NCBI GenBank assembly: GCA_044358225.1
Contig: JBIKOG010000008.1
Coordinates: 15,595-79,594, forward strand
Length of the DNA stretch: 64,000 bases
Source of the DNA: Bryobacteraceae bacterium
GTDB taxonomy: Bacteria; Acidobacteriota; Terriglobia; Bryobacterales; Bryobacteraceae
Direction of reading: 5' to 3'
Part shown: positions 33,463 through 41,708 of the stretch, in pieces
How the letters are laid out: every line of letters begins with the position of its first letter
How positions within the stretch are numbered: position 1 is the first letter of the stretch
Notes under the pieces: model-generated
Databases searched by the model: none
Told to the model about the DNA's origin: nothing
Seen by the model: only the letters and a program-made list of their open reading frames with translations
Translations under genes and position numbers: made by a program

Positions 33463-34382
33463 TGCTGGCTCCGGACGTACCACTCTATCGTGTCGCGCAA
33501 CCCCTCCGACAGGGCCACACGCGGCTTGTATCCCAACCCGCGCAGCCGCGACGTATCGGCCACCCAGCGCTGCGAATCCCCCGGCCGCCGCTGCCCGGTA
33601 AAGGCAAACGCTGGACGCGCACCCATCATCTGGCAGATCATCTCCGCCAACTGCCGGATGGTCACAATCTCATCACCGGCCACATTGATCACCTCGCCGT
33701 GGAAATCGGCCTTCTCCGCCGCCAACAGGAACGCGTCCACAATATTCCGCGAATGGCTGAAGTCCCGCTCCTGCGTCCCGTCCCCGAACAATGTCAACTC
33801 CTCGGGATTCGCGTGAATCTTCCGAATCAGGTCATACACAACCTGCTTGGTCTGCCGCGGCCCGTACACCGAAAACAGCCGCAGGCTGCACGTCCGCAAA
33901 CCATAGGTATGCGCAAACGCATAACAATACCGCTCCGCCGCCAGCTTCGCCACCGCGTACGGCGAAATCGGCCAGACGCCGTCGGTCTCCTGAAACGGCT
34001 TCTCGGCCCGCTCCCCATACACCGCACCGGTCGACGCAAACAGCACTTTCGATTCCGGACTCGCCCGACGCACCGCTTCCAACAGCGCCAGCGTCGCCAG
34101 CAAATTGCGTTCGCAATCGGCCGTCGGATCCGCCACGCTCCGCGCCACCAGCGCGTCGCCCGCGAGATGAAAAATCACCTCCGGCTGCTCCGCTCGCAAA
34201 GCGTCCTCCACCGCGTCATCCCGCAACGAATGCCGCAAAATCGAAACCGGAACGCCCGCCAGATTCGCCTCCAGCCCCGTCGAAAAATCATCGACTACTG
34301 TGACGCTCCGCCCCCCGGCCACCAGCGCCTCCACGACGTGCGAACCCAGAAAACCCGCTCCCCCCGTCACCCATGTCTTCAT
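33459..34382 (-). CDS. NAD-dependent epimerase/dehydratase (extended SDR)
   Basis: Start ATG 34382 (ATGA overlap). 'MKTWVTGGAGFLGSHVV', 'YAVAKLAAE' YxxxK. Confidence 0.85.
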   Translation of the reverse strand: MKTWVTGGAGFLGSHVVEALVAGGRSVTVVDDFSTGLEANLAGVPVSILRHSLRDDAVEDALRAEQPEVIFHLAGDALVARSVADPTADCERNLLATLALLEAVRRASPESKVLFASTGAVYGERAEKPFQETDGVWPISPYAVAKLAAERYCYAFAHTYGLRTCSLRLFSVYGPRQTKQVVYDLIRKIHANPEELTLFGDGTQERDFSHSRNIVDAFLLAAEKADFHGEVINVAGDEIVTIRQLAEMICQMMGARPAFAFTGQRRPGDSQRWVADTSRLRGLGYKPRVALSEGLRDTIEWYVRSQQ

Positions 34383-35509
34383 AGATTCGCCGCCTCCCAT
34401 AGCGTCGCGAGCGTCGCCCGCGCCGTCCGCTCCCACGTGAACTGCTTCATAAATTCCAATCCCGCCGCCGCCAGCTGTCTGTGCAATTCCCGATCCTCGG
34501 CAATCCGCAACATCGCCTCCGCCAGCGGCTCCACCGCCGCCTCCGGCAACAACAGCGCGTGCCCTCCCGTGGTCTCCCGCAGCCCCGGCACATCGGTCGT
34601 AATTACCGGCACGCCCACCGCCTGCGCCTCCATCGTCGTCAGCGACAGCGCTTCATACGAATACGGCAACACAAAGCAATCGCTCGCGTTATAAAGCAGC
34701 AGCAGGTCTTCGTTCGGGACATACCCGGCATGCACGAAATGCTCCGATATCCCCAGCGATTTCGCATGTCCCGCCAGGTCGAACCCGGTCGTATTGATCC
34801 CGGCCACCAGCAGCTTATGCGGCAACTTGTGCTTGCCCTTAATCCGCGCAAAGGCCTCCATCAGCATCGGCACATTCCGCCGTGGCGTCAGCTTGCCCAC
34901 AAACAAAAAGTACGGCACATCCGCACCGAAATACTTCTCCCGGATGGATCGCAGCGCGGCCTCGTCGCGGATCGGAACGAACTCCGGCGCCGGCGCGAGC
35001 GGCGCCATTCGGATCCGCTCTTCCGGCACATCGAACGCCTTCATGATGTCGTTCTTCGCCGCCTGCGTCGTGGTCAACACCAGCGTCGCGTTCTGCGCGC
35101 TCCACCGGTAGATCGGGATGTAGATATCGGGCCGCGCGAAAAAATGGTTGCGCGGAAAATACTGCGGATACAACGCCAGCGTGGCTTCATATACCGTCAC
35201 CACCGTCTTCGCCCGCGTCACCCGCGGCCGCGAAAACGATGGGCAAAACAACACATCGTCGTCCACCGCCGGCCCCAGCCGCAGATTCTCCCAAAACAGC
35301 ATCCGCATCGCCGGCCCCAGCTGCGTGTGCCGGATCGCCTCCGGCAACGGAATCTCCCCCCGGTCCAGCGGCAAATGCGAATAAAAACGGATATCGTCGA
35401 ACGTCCCGCGCGTAAACTCCGGCGTCCAGCAACGCACCGTGTTCAGCAGATACCGGCCCACCCCGGTCCGGTGCCCGTGGATCCGCCAGCCGTTAATTCC
35501 CAGCCGCAT
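34379..35509 (-). CDS. Glycosyltransferase family 4
   Basis: 'MRLGINGWRIHGHRTGVGRY' and 'LPYSYEALSLTTMEAQAVGVPVITTDVPGLRE'. Confidence 0.8.
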   Translation of the reverse strand: MRLGINGWRIHGHRTGVGRYLLNTVRCWTPEFTRGTFDDIRFYSHLPLDRGEIPLPEAIRHTQLGPAMRMLFWENLRLGPAVDDDVLFCPSFSRPRVTRAKTVVTVYEATLALYPQYFPRNHFFARPDIYIPIYRWSAQNATLVLTTTQAAKNDIMKAFDVPEERIRMAPLAPAPEFVPIRDEAALRSIREKYFGADVPYFLFVGKLTPRRNVPMLMEAFARIKGKHKLPHKLLVAGINTTGFDLAGHAKSLGISEHFVHAGYVPNEDLLLLYNASDCFVLPYSYEALSLTTMEAQAVGVPVITTDVPGLRETTGGHALLLPEAAVEPLAEAMLRIAEDRELHRQLAAAGLEFMKQFTWERTARATLATLWEAANL

Positions 35510-36389
35510 CGCCCGCCCCCCACGTCTTCGCCAACGCTTCTTCCAACGTGTACCGCGGTGCCCAGCCAGTCGCCGTCCGCAGCTTCGACGAGTCCACCCA
35601 GATCCGCGGCGCCCCCCGTCCCGGCTCCTCTTTCGACAGCACCGGGCACCCGCTCAACCCGCTCAACACGTCCACAATCCGCCCCACCGCCACCGGCTCC
35701 CCCGTGCCCACGTTAAACACGCCGCCCACCCCCGCAAATGCCAACGCCGCCACCGCCCGCGCCGCGTCTTCCACGTACAGAAAGTCCCGCTCCGGCGCCC
35801 GCGTTCGCACCGTCGCCCGCCCATCCCGGCGCAACTGCGCCACCACCTCATGCACAATATCCGTGCGCTCCCCCGCCCACGGCCCGAACAGATTACAAAG
35901 CCGCACCGTCGCCACCGGAAAGTAGCGCTCGTAATAGTGCGCCGCCTGCTCGCCCAAAAACTGGCTCAACAAATACCGGTTCGGGTACGGATCAATCGGG
36001 CTCGCCTCCGACACCGGCATCTCCGCCCGCGTCTCGTCATAAAGCAGCACCGTCGACAACCGCACAAAACTCCGCAACGGCCGGTCCCGCAACTGCTCCA
36101 ACAAACGGACCGACGGCATCATGTGCATGGCCAACGCCTCCGTCAACGGCTGCTCCATCAACTCCACATGCCGCGACGTGCCCACACAGCTAATCACCCG
36201 GTCAAACGCTACATCCCGCAACGCGCCCAGCTCACCCAAATCAGCCACCGCAATATGCCGGTTACCCGCTAAAGGCGCGGTGCGGCCCGCCGAAATCATC
36301 TCCGGAAAGAGCCGCAATATCGACGTGCCCACAAAGCCGCTGCCGCCGAAGAGAACCGCTCCTTCGCCACGCCAGCCGTCGGCGATCAC
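35493..36389 (-). CDS. Extended-SDR-like protein with Y-x-x-S-Q in place of Y-x-x-x-K
   Basis: GTG 36389 (GTGA overlap with the upstream stop). 'VLFGGSGFVGTSIL' Rossmann motif. 'PNRYLLSQFLGEQ' aligns to 'SPYGKSKLMVEQ'. Confidence 0.7.
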   Translation of the reverse strand: MIADGWRGEGAVLFGGSGFVGTSILRLFPEMISAGRTAPLAGNRHIAVADLGELGALRDVAFDRVISCVGTSRHVELMEQPLTEALAMHMMPSVRLLEQLRDRPLRSFVRLSTVLLYDETRAEMPVSEASPIDPYPNRYLLSQFLGEQAAHYYERYFPVATVRLCNLFGPWAGERTDIVHEVVAQLRRDGRATVRTRAPERDFLYVEDAARAVAALAFAGVGGVFNVGTGEPVAVGRIVDVLSGLSGCPVLSKEEPGRGAPRIWVDSSKLRTATGWAPRYTLEEALAKTWGAGDAAGN

Positions 36390-37663
36390 GGGCAGATCAC
36401 CTCGCCGGTCCAGCCACGCGCGCGCAGCTTCGGAACGGTTTCGTCGTAGTAGTTCCACGCAAACAGAATGGCTGCGTCCGCCGGCCGCGGATCGGTGAAC
36501 ATCAGTTCCTCGTCCACAATCGGAATGTGCGCGCCGGGCAGATATTTGCCCACTCGCAGCGGGTTAATCTCGGTGATGTAATCGATCACTTCCGGCCCCA
36601 GCCGGCAGTAACTGCACACCGTCGCCGCCTTGGCCGGCGCGCCGATGCCGATCACCTTCTTGCCCGCCCGCACCAGGCTCCAAACCTTATCGTGCAACTC
36701 CCGCCGCCGTTGCTCAATCGATTGCGCCCACGCCGCCGTCGTCGCCGGATCGTACAGCTTCGCCTGCTCCTCGGCCGCCATCAATTCGCCCACGCGCGCG
36801 TGCACCGGATGCGCCCCGGCAAAGCACGCAAACACACGGAATGAACCGCCGTGTACTTCGCTCCGCCGCACGTCAAAAACTTCCAACCCATACTTCGCAA
36901 ACAGCCGCGCCAGCGGCCGCAACGAGTAATAGCGCAGGTGCTGGTGGAACATGTTGTCGTAATGCCCGGTCAGCACCATGTCCAGCCAGTACTGGTTCTC
37001 ACTCACGAAAATTCCGGTCGGCTTCAACAGCAACTGGATCCCGCGCATCACGCCACTCAAATCGGCAATATGCGCAAACACGCCGGCCGCGCTGATCGCG
37101 TCCGCCTGCCCGTGCTCCTCGCGGATCACCTTCGCCGTCTCTTCGTTGAAGAACCCATGCACCGTCGGGATGCCGGCCTCAATCGCCATCTGCACCGGAA
37201 TCGCCGACGGATCCACCCCCAGCGTCTTCACGCCAAACGGGCGATACGCCTTCAGCAAAGTCCCATCGTTCGAACCAATATCCAACGCGAACGACTGCGG
37301 CCCCAGCCCGCCCAGTTGTGCCAACTCCCCCGGAATCGTCTGCAAATGCTTCGTCGCCGTCTGCGTCGTGCCGCTCACAAACGGGAAGTATTTATAGACC
37401 ACCGCCGGGTTCACGATGTAGCCCAACTGCGTCAGCCCGCAATCCACGCAGTGGAACAACTGCATCGGATAGAACGTCTCCGGCTTCCGCAGGTCGGCAC
37501 GCGTCAGAATCAAATCGCCCACCGGCTGCGCGCCCAGGTCCAGACCCGCGTAGGTCTTGCCGCCGCAAATCTTGCAGCGCACCGCCGGCACACGGTCGGT
37601 CAGGTTGCGCCGTGCCGGAAGGCCCTTACTCTTCTTCGGTAGTTTAATTTCCGGCGTCGTCAT
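36386..37663 (-). CDS. NDP-hexose C-methyltransferase-like (Zn-binding N-domain + SAM MTase + C-methyltransferase C-domain)
   Basis: 'RCKICGGKT..LFHCVDCGLTQL', 'ALDIGSNDGTLL'. Same overall layout as TylC3-type enzymes (from memory). Confidence 0.7.
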   Translation of the reverse strand: MTTPEIKLPKKSKGLPARRNLTDRVPAVRCKICGGKTYAGLDLGAQPVGDLILTRADLRKPETFYPMQLFHCVDCGLTQLGYIVNPAVVYKYFPFVSGTTQTATKHLQTIPGELAQLGGLGPQSFALDIGSNDGTLLKAYRPFGVKTLGVDPSAIPVQMAIEAGIPTVHGFFNEETAKVIREEHGQADAISAAGVFAHIADLSGVMRGIQLLLKPTGIFVSENQYWLDMVLTGHYDNMFHQHLRYYSLRPLARLFAKYGLEVFDVRRSEVHGGSFRVFACFAGAHPVHARVGELMAAEEQAKLYDPATTAAWAQSIEQRRRELHDKVWSLVRAGKKVIGIGAPAKAATVCSYCRLGPEVIDYITEINPLRVGKYLPGAHIPIVDEELMFTDPRPADAAILFAWNYYDETVPKLRARGWTGEVICP

Positions 37664-38868
37664 GCGTTGTTCCGGAAGAAAGAATGGAAGCAGTCCAAAA
37701 TGTGATCAACCTCTTCGTCAGTCATGCCCGCGTGGCACCCAATATAAAAAGCCCGCCGGTTCAGGCGCGCCGCCACCGGATACCGGGAGTCCAAATCCCC
37801 AAACAACTGCCGGTAAATCGGCTGATTCAACAGCGGCAGCAAATAGCGCGTCTCAATCTGGTGGTCTTCCAGGTACTGAATAATGGCGCTCCGCGGAATC
37901 GATTCGCCCTGCAGCACCAGCGGGAAAAACATCCACGCGTGCTCGGCCCCGTCCCGCTCCACCGGCAACTGCAAATGGTCCGCCAACGGCGCCAACCCCG
38001 CGCACAACCGCCGCGCGATCACCTGCCTCCGCTGCCAATCGGCCTCCCGCGTTTCCAACTGCGCCAGCCCCAGCGCCGCCTCCATCTCCGTGCATCGATA
38101 GCTATATCCCAGCCGCACAAAGCTGAACCGGCGGTCGGCAATATCAAACAGCGCCTGGCCCTCGCGGCCCGCGTCGTCGTCGATCCGCGTATAGATCGAA
38201 TCCCGCCCGTGGTTCATCAGGCTCTTCAAACTCACAATCAGCTCCGTGTCATCGGTCACACAGAACCCGCCCACGCCGGTCGTAATGATGTGCGCCACGT
38301 ACGTGGAAAAGCAGCCAATATCGCTCATGCTGCCCACCGGCCGCCCGCGATACCGCACGAACATCGACTCCGCCGAATCCTCCACCACCCGCAGCCCATG
38401 CCGCGCGGCGATCTCCAACACCGGATCCATCTCGCACGGCAACCCGGCAATATGCACCGGCATAATGGCCCGCGTCCGCGGCGTGATGTGCTGTTCAATC
38501 TGCGCCGGATCGATGCAGTATTTATCCGGCTCCACATCCACAAACACAGGCGTCAGCCCGTTATAAAGGACGACGTTCGAAGTCGCCACGAACGTCAGCG
38601 CCGGCACCAGCACCTCGTCGCCGTCCTGCCACCCGTAGCGCTCCTTCAGCGCCGCCAGCGCAATCTGCAACGCGCTCGTCCCGCTGTTCGTAAACAACCC
38701 AAACCGCCGGTCATGCAGCCCCGCGATCTCCCGTTCAAACCGGTCAATCATCGGCCCGGCGCTCAGACGATTACTATCGAGCACCTCCATCACCAACCGT
38801 TTTGCGTTTTCCGACACGCGACACCCGCCAATGCCAATCTGCGGGCGCGTCGCCACCGTCTTACTCAT
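37660..38868 (-). CDS. DegT/DnrJ/EryC1-family PLP/PMP enzyme with His replacing the Schiff-base Lys (ColD/E1-type sugar 3-dehydratase candidate)
   Basis: 'GCFSTYVAHIITTGVGGF' aligns to the canonical 'SFHxxKxxTTGEGG'. ATGA and TAATG overlaps with its neighbours. Confidence 0.7.
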   Translation of the reverse strand: MSKTVATRPQIGIGGCRVSENAKRLVMEVLDSNRLSAGPMIDRFEREIAGLHDRRFGLFTNSGTSALQIALAALKERYGWQDGDEVLVPALTFVATSNVVLYNGLTPVFVDVEPDKYCIDPAQIEQHITPRTRAIMPVHIAGLPCEMDPVLEIAARHGLRVVEDSAESMFVRYRGRPVGSMSDIGCFSTYVAHIITTGVGGFCVTDDTELIVSLKSLMNHGRDSIYTRIDDDAGREGQALFDIADRRFSFVRLGYSYRCTEMEAALGLAQLETREADWQRRQVIARRLCAGLAPLADHLQLPVERDGAEHAWMFFPLVLQGESIPRSAIIQYLEDHQIETRYLLPLLNQPIYRQLFGDLDSRYPVAARLNRRAFYIGCHAGMTDEEVDHILDCFHSFFRNNA

Positions 38869-39500
38869 TAAGAATTCACTTTACCATTCAAGGCCCCCAC
38901 CGCCTCGCCAACGGCCATCACCACGCTCACCACCACCACCCCCGGCAGCGTCGACGGCCGTCGCCACCACGGCACCCGCGCCAACACCAACAACGGCAAA
39001 CCAACCCGCAACACCGCCGCCCACGGCGACACCTGCCTTGCCCCCCACTCCCGCGAATACGCATACCGCTCCCGCAAATACGCCCCAAACCCCGGCGCCC
39101 GCGCCAGCCGCACGTCCATCCGCGCGTCATGCACCCCCGCCCCCGGTAACAACGGGTCAATCCGCTCCACCGCCCCCCGCCGGTACGCCACGTTCCCCGC
39201 AGCCAGCCGCTCCGCCCAGCCATACTCCACAACGTAGTAAACCCACTCCGCCCACCCATACCCGTCCCCGGGACGCACATACCCGCCCACCGTGTCCGCC
39301 GCCCCCAACGCCAACGCCCACTCCGGCCCCGCCTCATACCGCGTGTCAAAAAACGCAACAACATCCCCGCCAGCCCGCGCCCATCCCTCCTCCCGGCTCC
39401 CCGCCCGCAGGACTTCCGTACCCGCCGCCAGCCGCGGACCCGCGCCATTCCCCAATAAAACCACCGTTACGCGCACGCCACCCTCCGCCACGACCGCCAT
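38868..39500 (-). CDS. Short GT2-like protein (paralog 3, truncated N-terminal half)
   Basis: Start ATG 39500 or GTG 39476. 'GGYVRPGDGYGWAEWVYYVVEYGWAERL..NVAYRRGAVE' parallels paralogs 1 and 2. The upstream G-rich part of the track ORF is rejected. Confidence 0.5.
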   Translation of the reverse strand: MAVVAEGGVRVTVVLLGNGAGPRLAAGTEVLRAGSREEGWARAGGDVVAFFDTRYEAGPEWALALGAADTVGGYVRPGDGYGWAEWVYYVVEYGWAERLAAGNVAYRRGAVERIDPLLPGAGVHDARMDVRLARAPGFGAYLRERYAYSREWGARQVSPWAAVLRVGLPLLVLARVPWWRRPSTLPGVVVVSVVMAVGEAVGALNGKVNS

Positions 39501-40618
39501 GTCAATCCCGCGAAACACCCCTCCGCCACCAGCGTCGATACCGCGCACCCCATCCCCCCGTACGCCGGCGCCAGCGCCACATCCAACCCCAGATTCACCG
39601 CCACCGCAATCGCCAGATTCCGCAAATCCTCCCGCTGCCCCCGGAATGCCAGCAGCGGCTGCCGGAACACCATCCGCGTCACCTGCACCGGCAACACCAG
39701 CGCCAACACCCCTACCACGCCCTTCGCCCCGCCAAACGCCTCCCCATACAGCAGCGGCAACAGAACCCCCGCCGCCCCCGCCAGCAAAATGGCAAATCCC
39801 ACCGCCGCCCCCGCGCTGGTCCGCCACACCCCGAAAGCCAACCGCTGCGCCGCCGCCCCGTCCGGATACAACCGTCCAAACTCCGGCAAAGAACTGTTCT
39901 GCAACGCCCCTAAAACCGGCGAAAACACCGTCAAAAGTCGATAAGCAGCAACATATAACCCCACTTCCGCACCACTTTTCACCGCCCCCAACACAAACAC
40001 GTCCAGGTTATACAGCAGGTTCCCCAGCAACACACTCGCCAAAAACGGCCACGCCTCCCGCTGCAACTCCCCGTCCAAACGCGCCCCCGCGCCCGCCGCT
40101 CCCCCCGCCGCCCGCCAGTACCAAACAGACGCCGCCCACTCGCCGACGCTCCACGCTCCCGCCACCCACAGCAACGGCCACCCCGCCACCACCGCGCCCA
40201 GGAACACCGCGCTCGCCAACACCGCCCCCACCGCCACCGGCCCGCTCTGCTGCCGCGCCAACAGCAACCACCGCACCTGCAGCGCCGCCGCCAGCCACAT
40301 CCCCGCCATCGCCAACAGCAACCAATTCCCCCACGCCGCCGCCCCGGCCAGCAAAACCACAAACACCGGCACCCGCAGTCGGACCACCGCCGCTCGCACC
40401 GCACCCGCCACATCCGGCTCCCGCGTCACCCGCAACATCGCCGGCACGTCCAGCCCCCGCTGCACCGCCAACAACCCATAGGAAGCCACCGCCTGCGCCA
40501 CGCCAAACGCCCCCAACGCCTCCGGCCCGAACCGCCGCGCCAGCAGCAGAAACGCCAGCGCATGCAGCCCCCGCGCCACGCCCTCCCCCGCGCTCAATGT
40601 AAGGAACTGTCGGACCAC
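39467..40618 (-). CDS. Polysaccharide flippase (Wzx / MOP superfamily)
   Basis: About 12 TM helices. 'VVRQFLTLSAGEGVARGLHALAFLLLARRFGPEALG' is a typical Wzx N-terminus. The start is uncertain (GTG 40618, or ATG 40687 which would overlap the divergent gene). Confidence 0.7.
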   Translation of the reverse strand: MVRQFLTLSAGEGVARGLHALAFLLLARRFGPEALGAFGVAQAVASYGLLAVQRGLDVPAMLRVTREPDVAGAVRAAVVRLRVPVFVVLLAGAAAWGNWLLLAMAGMWLAAALQVRWLLLARQQSGPVAVGAVLASAVFLGAVVAGWPLLWVAGAWSVGEWAASVWYWRAAGGAAGAGARLDGELQREAWPFLASVLLGNLLYNLDVFVLGAVKSGAEVGLYVAAYRLLTVFSPVLGALQNSSLPEFGRLYPDGAAAQRLAFGVWRTSAGAAVGFAILLAGAAGVLLPLLYGEAFGGAKGVVGVLALVLPVQVTRMVFRQPLLAFRGQREDLRNLAIAVAVNLGLDVALAPAYGGMGCAVSTLVAEGCFAGLTWRSWRRVACA

Positions 40619-40637
40619 GATGTTAAGATTGTCCCTT

Positions 40638-41708
40638 ATGCCAGTACGCGCTGGCGTCGTCGGCCTCGGCGGCGTCGCAGATCGCATCCACCTTCCCGCC
40701 TGCGCGGCCATCCCCGGGCTGGAAATTGCCGCCGGAGCGGACCCCAACCCGCAAACCCGCCAGACCATGGCGGCCAAGTTTGGCATCCGTGAAACCTACG
40801 CGGGCTTCGAGGAACTCCTCGCCAAAGCCAAGCCCGACTTCATCATCCTCGGCACCCCGCCCGGTTCGCACTACGACATCTGCCGCCAAGCGCTCGAAGC
40901 CGGCGTCCACGTCTTCTGCGAAAAACCGTTCATGCCCACGGTCGAAGAAGCCACCAAAATCGTCGAACTCGCCCGCGCCAGAAACCTTCTCCTCCGCGTC
41001 AATAACCAGTACCGCTACATGACCTACTACGCCGAAACCAAGCGCCGCTTGGAACAAGGCGAGTTCGGCCGGCCCTTCTACATCCAGTGCTGGCAGCAGA
41101 TGTTCCACCCCCCCGGCAAGGAAACCAACTGGCGCAGTTCGCTGAAGCAATACACGCTCTTTGAATTCGGCACCCACGCGCTCGATCTGGCCTGCTTCTT
41201 CTTCGACGCCCTGCCCGAAACCGTCAACGTCTTCACCCCCCAGGTCCGCCCGGAATTCGACGCCGACGTCCTCGTCAATGCCACCCTCCGCTTCCCCGAA
41301 GAACGCCTGGCCACGTTCTCTTTCAACCGCGTCAGCCACGCCCCCGAAAAGTACCTGGAAATGCGCATCGACTGCGAAAAAGCCTCCCTCCGCATCTCCT
41401 TGGGCGGCGTCGCCCGCGTCTCCATCGATTGGGCCAAAAACTCCCGCCGCTTCTACCTGAAACACGGCTTCGTCCGCGGCGGCCAGGCCCGCGCCGAAAT
41501 CAACGGTGTGCCCCACACCTACTGCAACAGCCCCAAGCCCGAATTCGCCGCCGCCACGGCCGAACACCTGAAGCTCTTCCTCAAACAAATGGAGCTGCCC
41601 GTTCGCCCCACCGACGCCGCCGAACACGCCCGTGACGTCCTCAGCCTCGTTTTCGCCGGGTACGAAAGTGCCAACACCGGCGAAACCGTCCGCCTGCCAC
41701 GGCCATGA
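40638..41708 (+). CDS. Gfo/Idh/MocA-family oxidoreductase
   Basis: 'MPVRAGVVGLGGVADRIHLPA', 'FCEKPF'. ATG 40620 is also open. Confidence 0.85.
   Translation: MPVRAGVVGLGGVADRIHLPACAAIPGLEIAAGADPNPQTRQTMAAKFGIRETYAGFEELLAKAKPDFIILGTPPGSHYDICRQALEAGVHVFCEKPFMPTVEEATKIVELARARNLLLRVNNQYRYMTYYAETKRRLEQGEFGRPFYIQCWQQMFHPPGKETNWRSSLKQYTLFEFGTHALDLACFFFDALPETVNVFTPQVRPEFDADVLVNATLRFPEERLATFSFNRVSHAPEKYLEMRIDCEKASLRISLGGVARVSIDWAKNSRRFYLKHGFVRGGQARAEINGVPHTYCNSPKPEFAAATAEHLKLFLKQMELPVRPTDAAEHARDVLSLVFAGYESANTGETVRLPRP

Noticed and set aside
40619-40786. ATG starts at 40687 or 40786 for the flippase.
   Set aside because: They would overlap the divergent oxidoreductase start and add an Ala/Pro/Arg-rich extension. 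GTG 40618 gives a typical Wzx N-terminus. The start remains uncertain.
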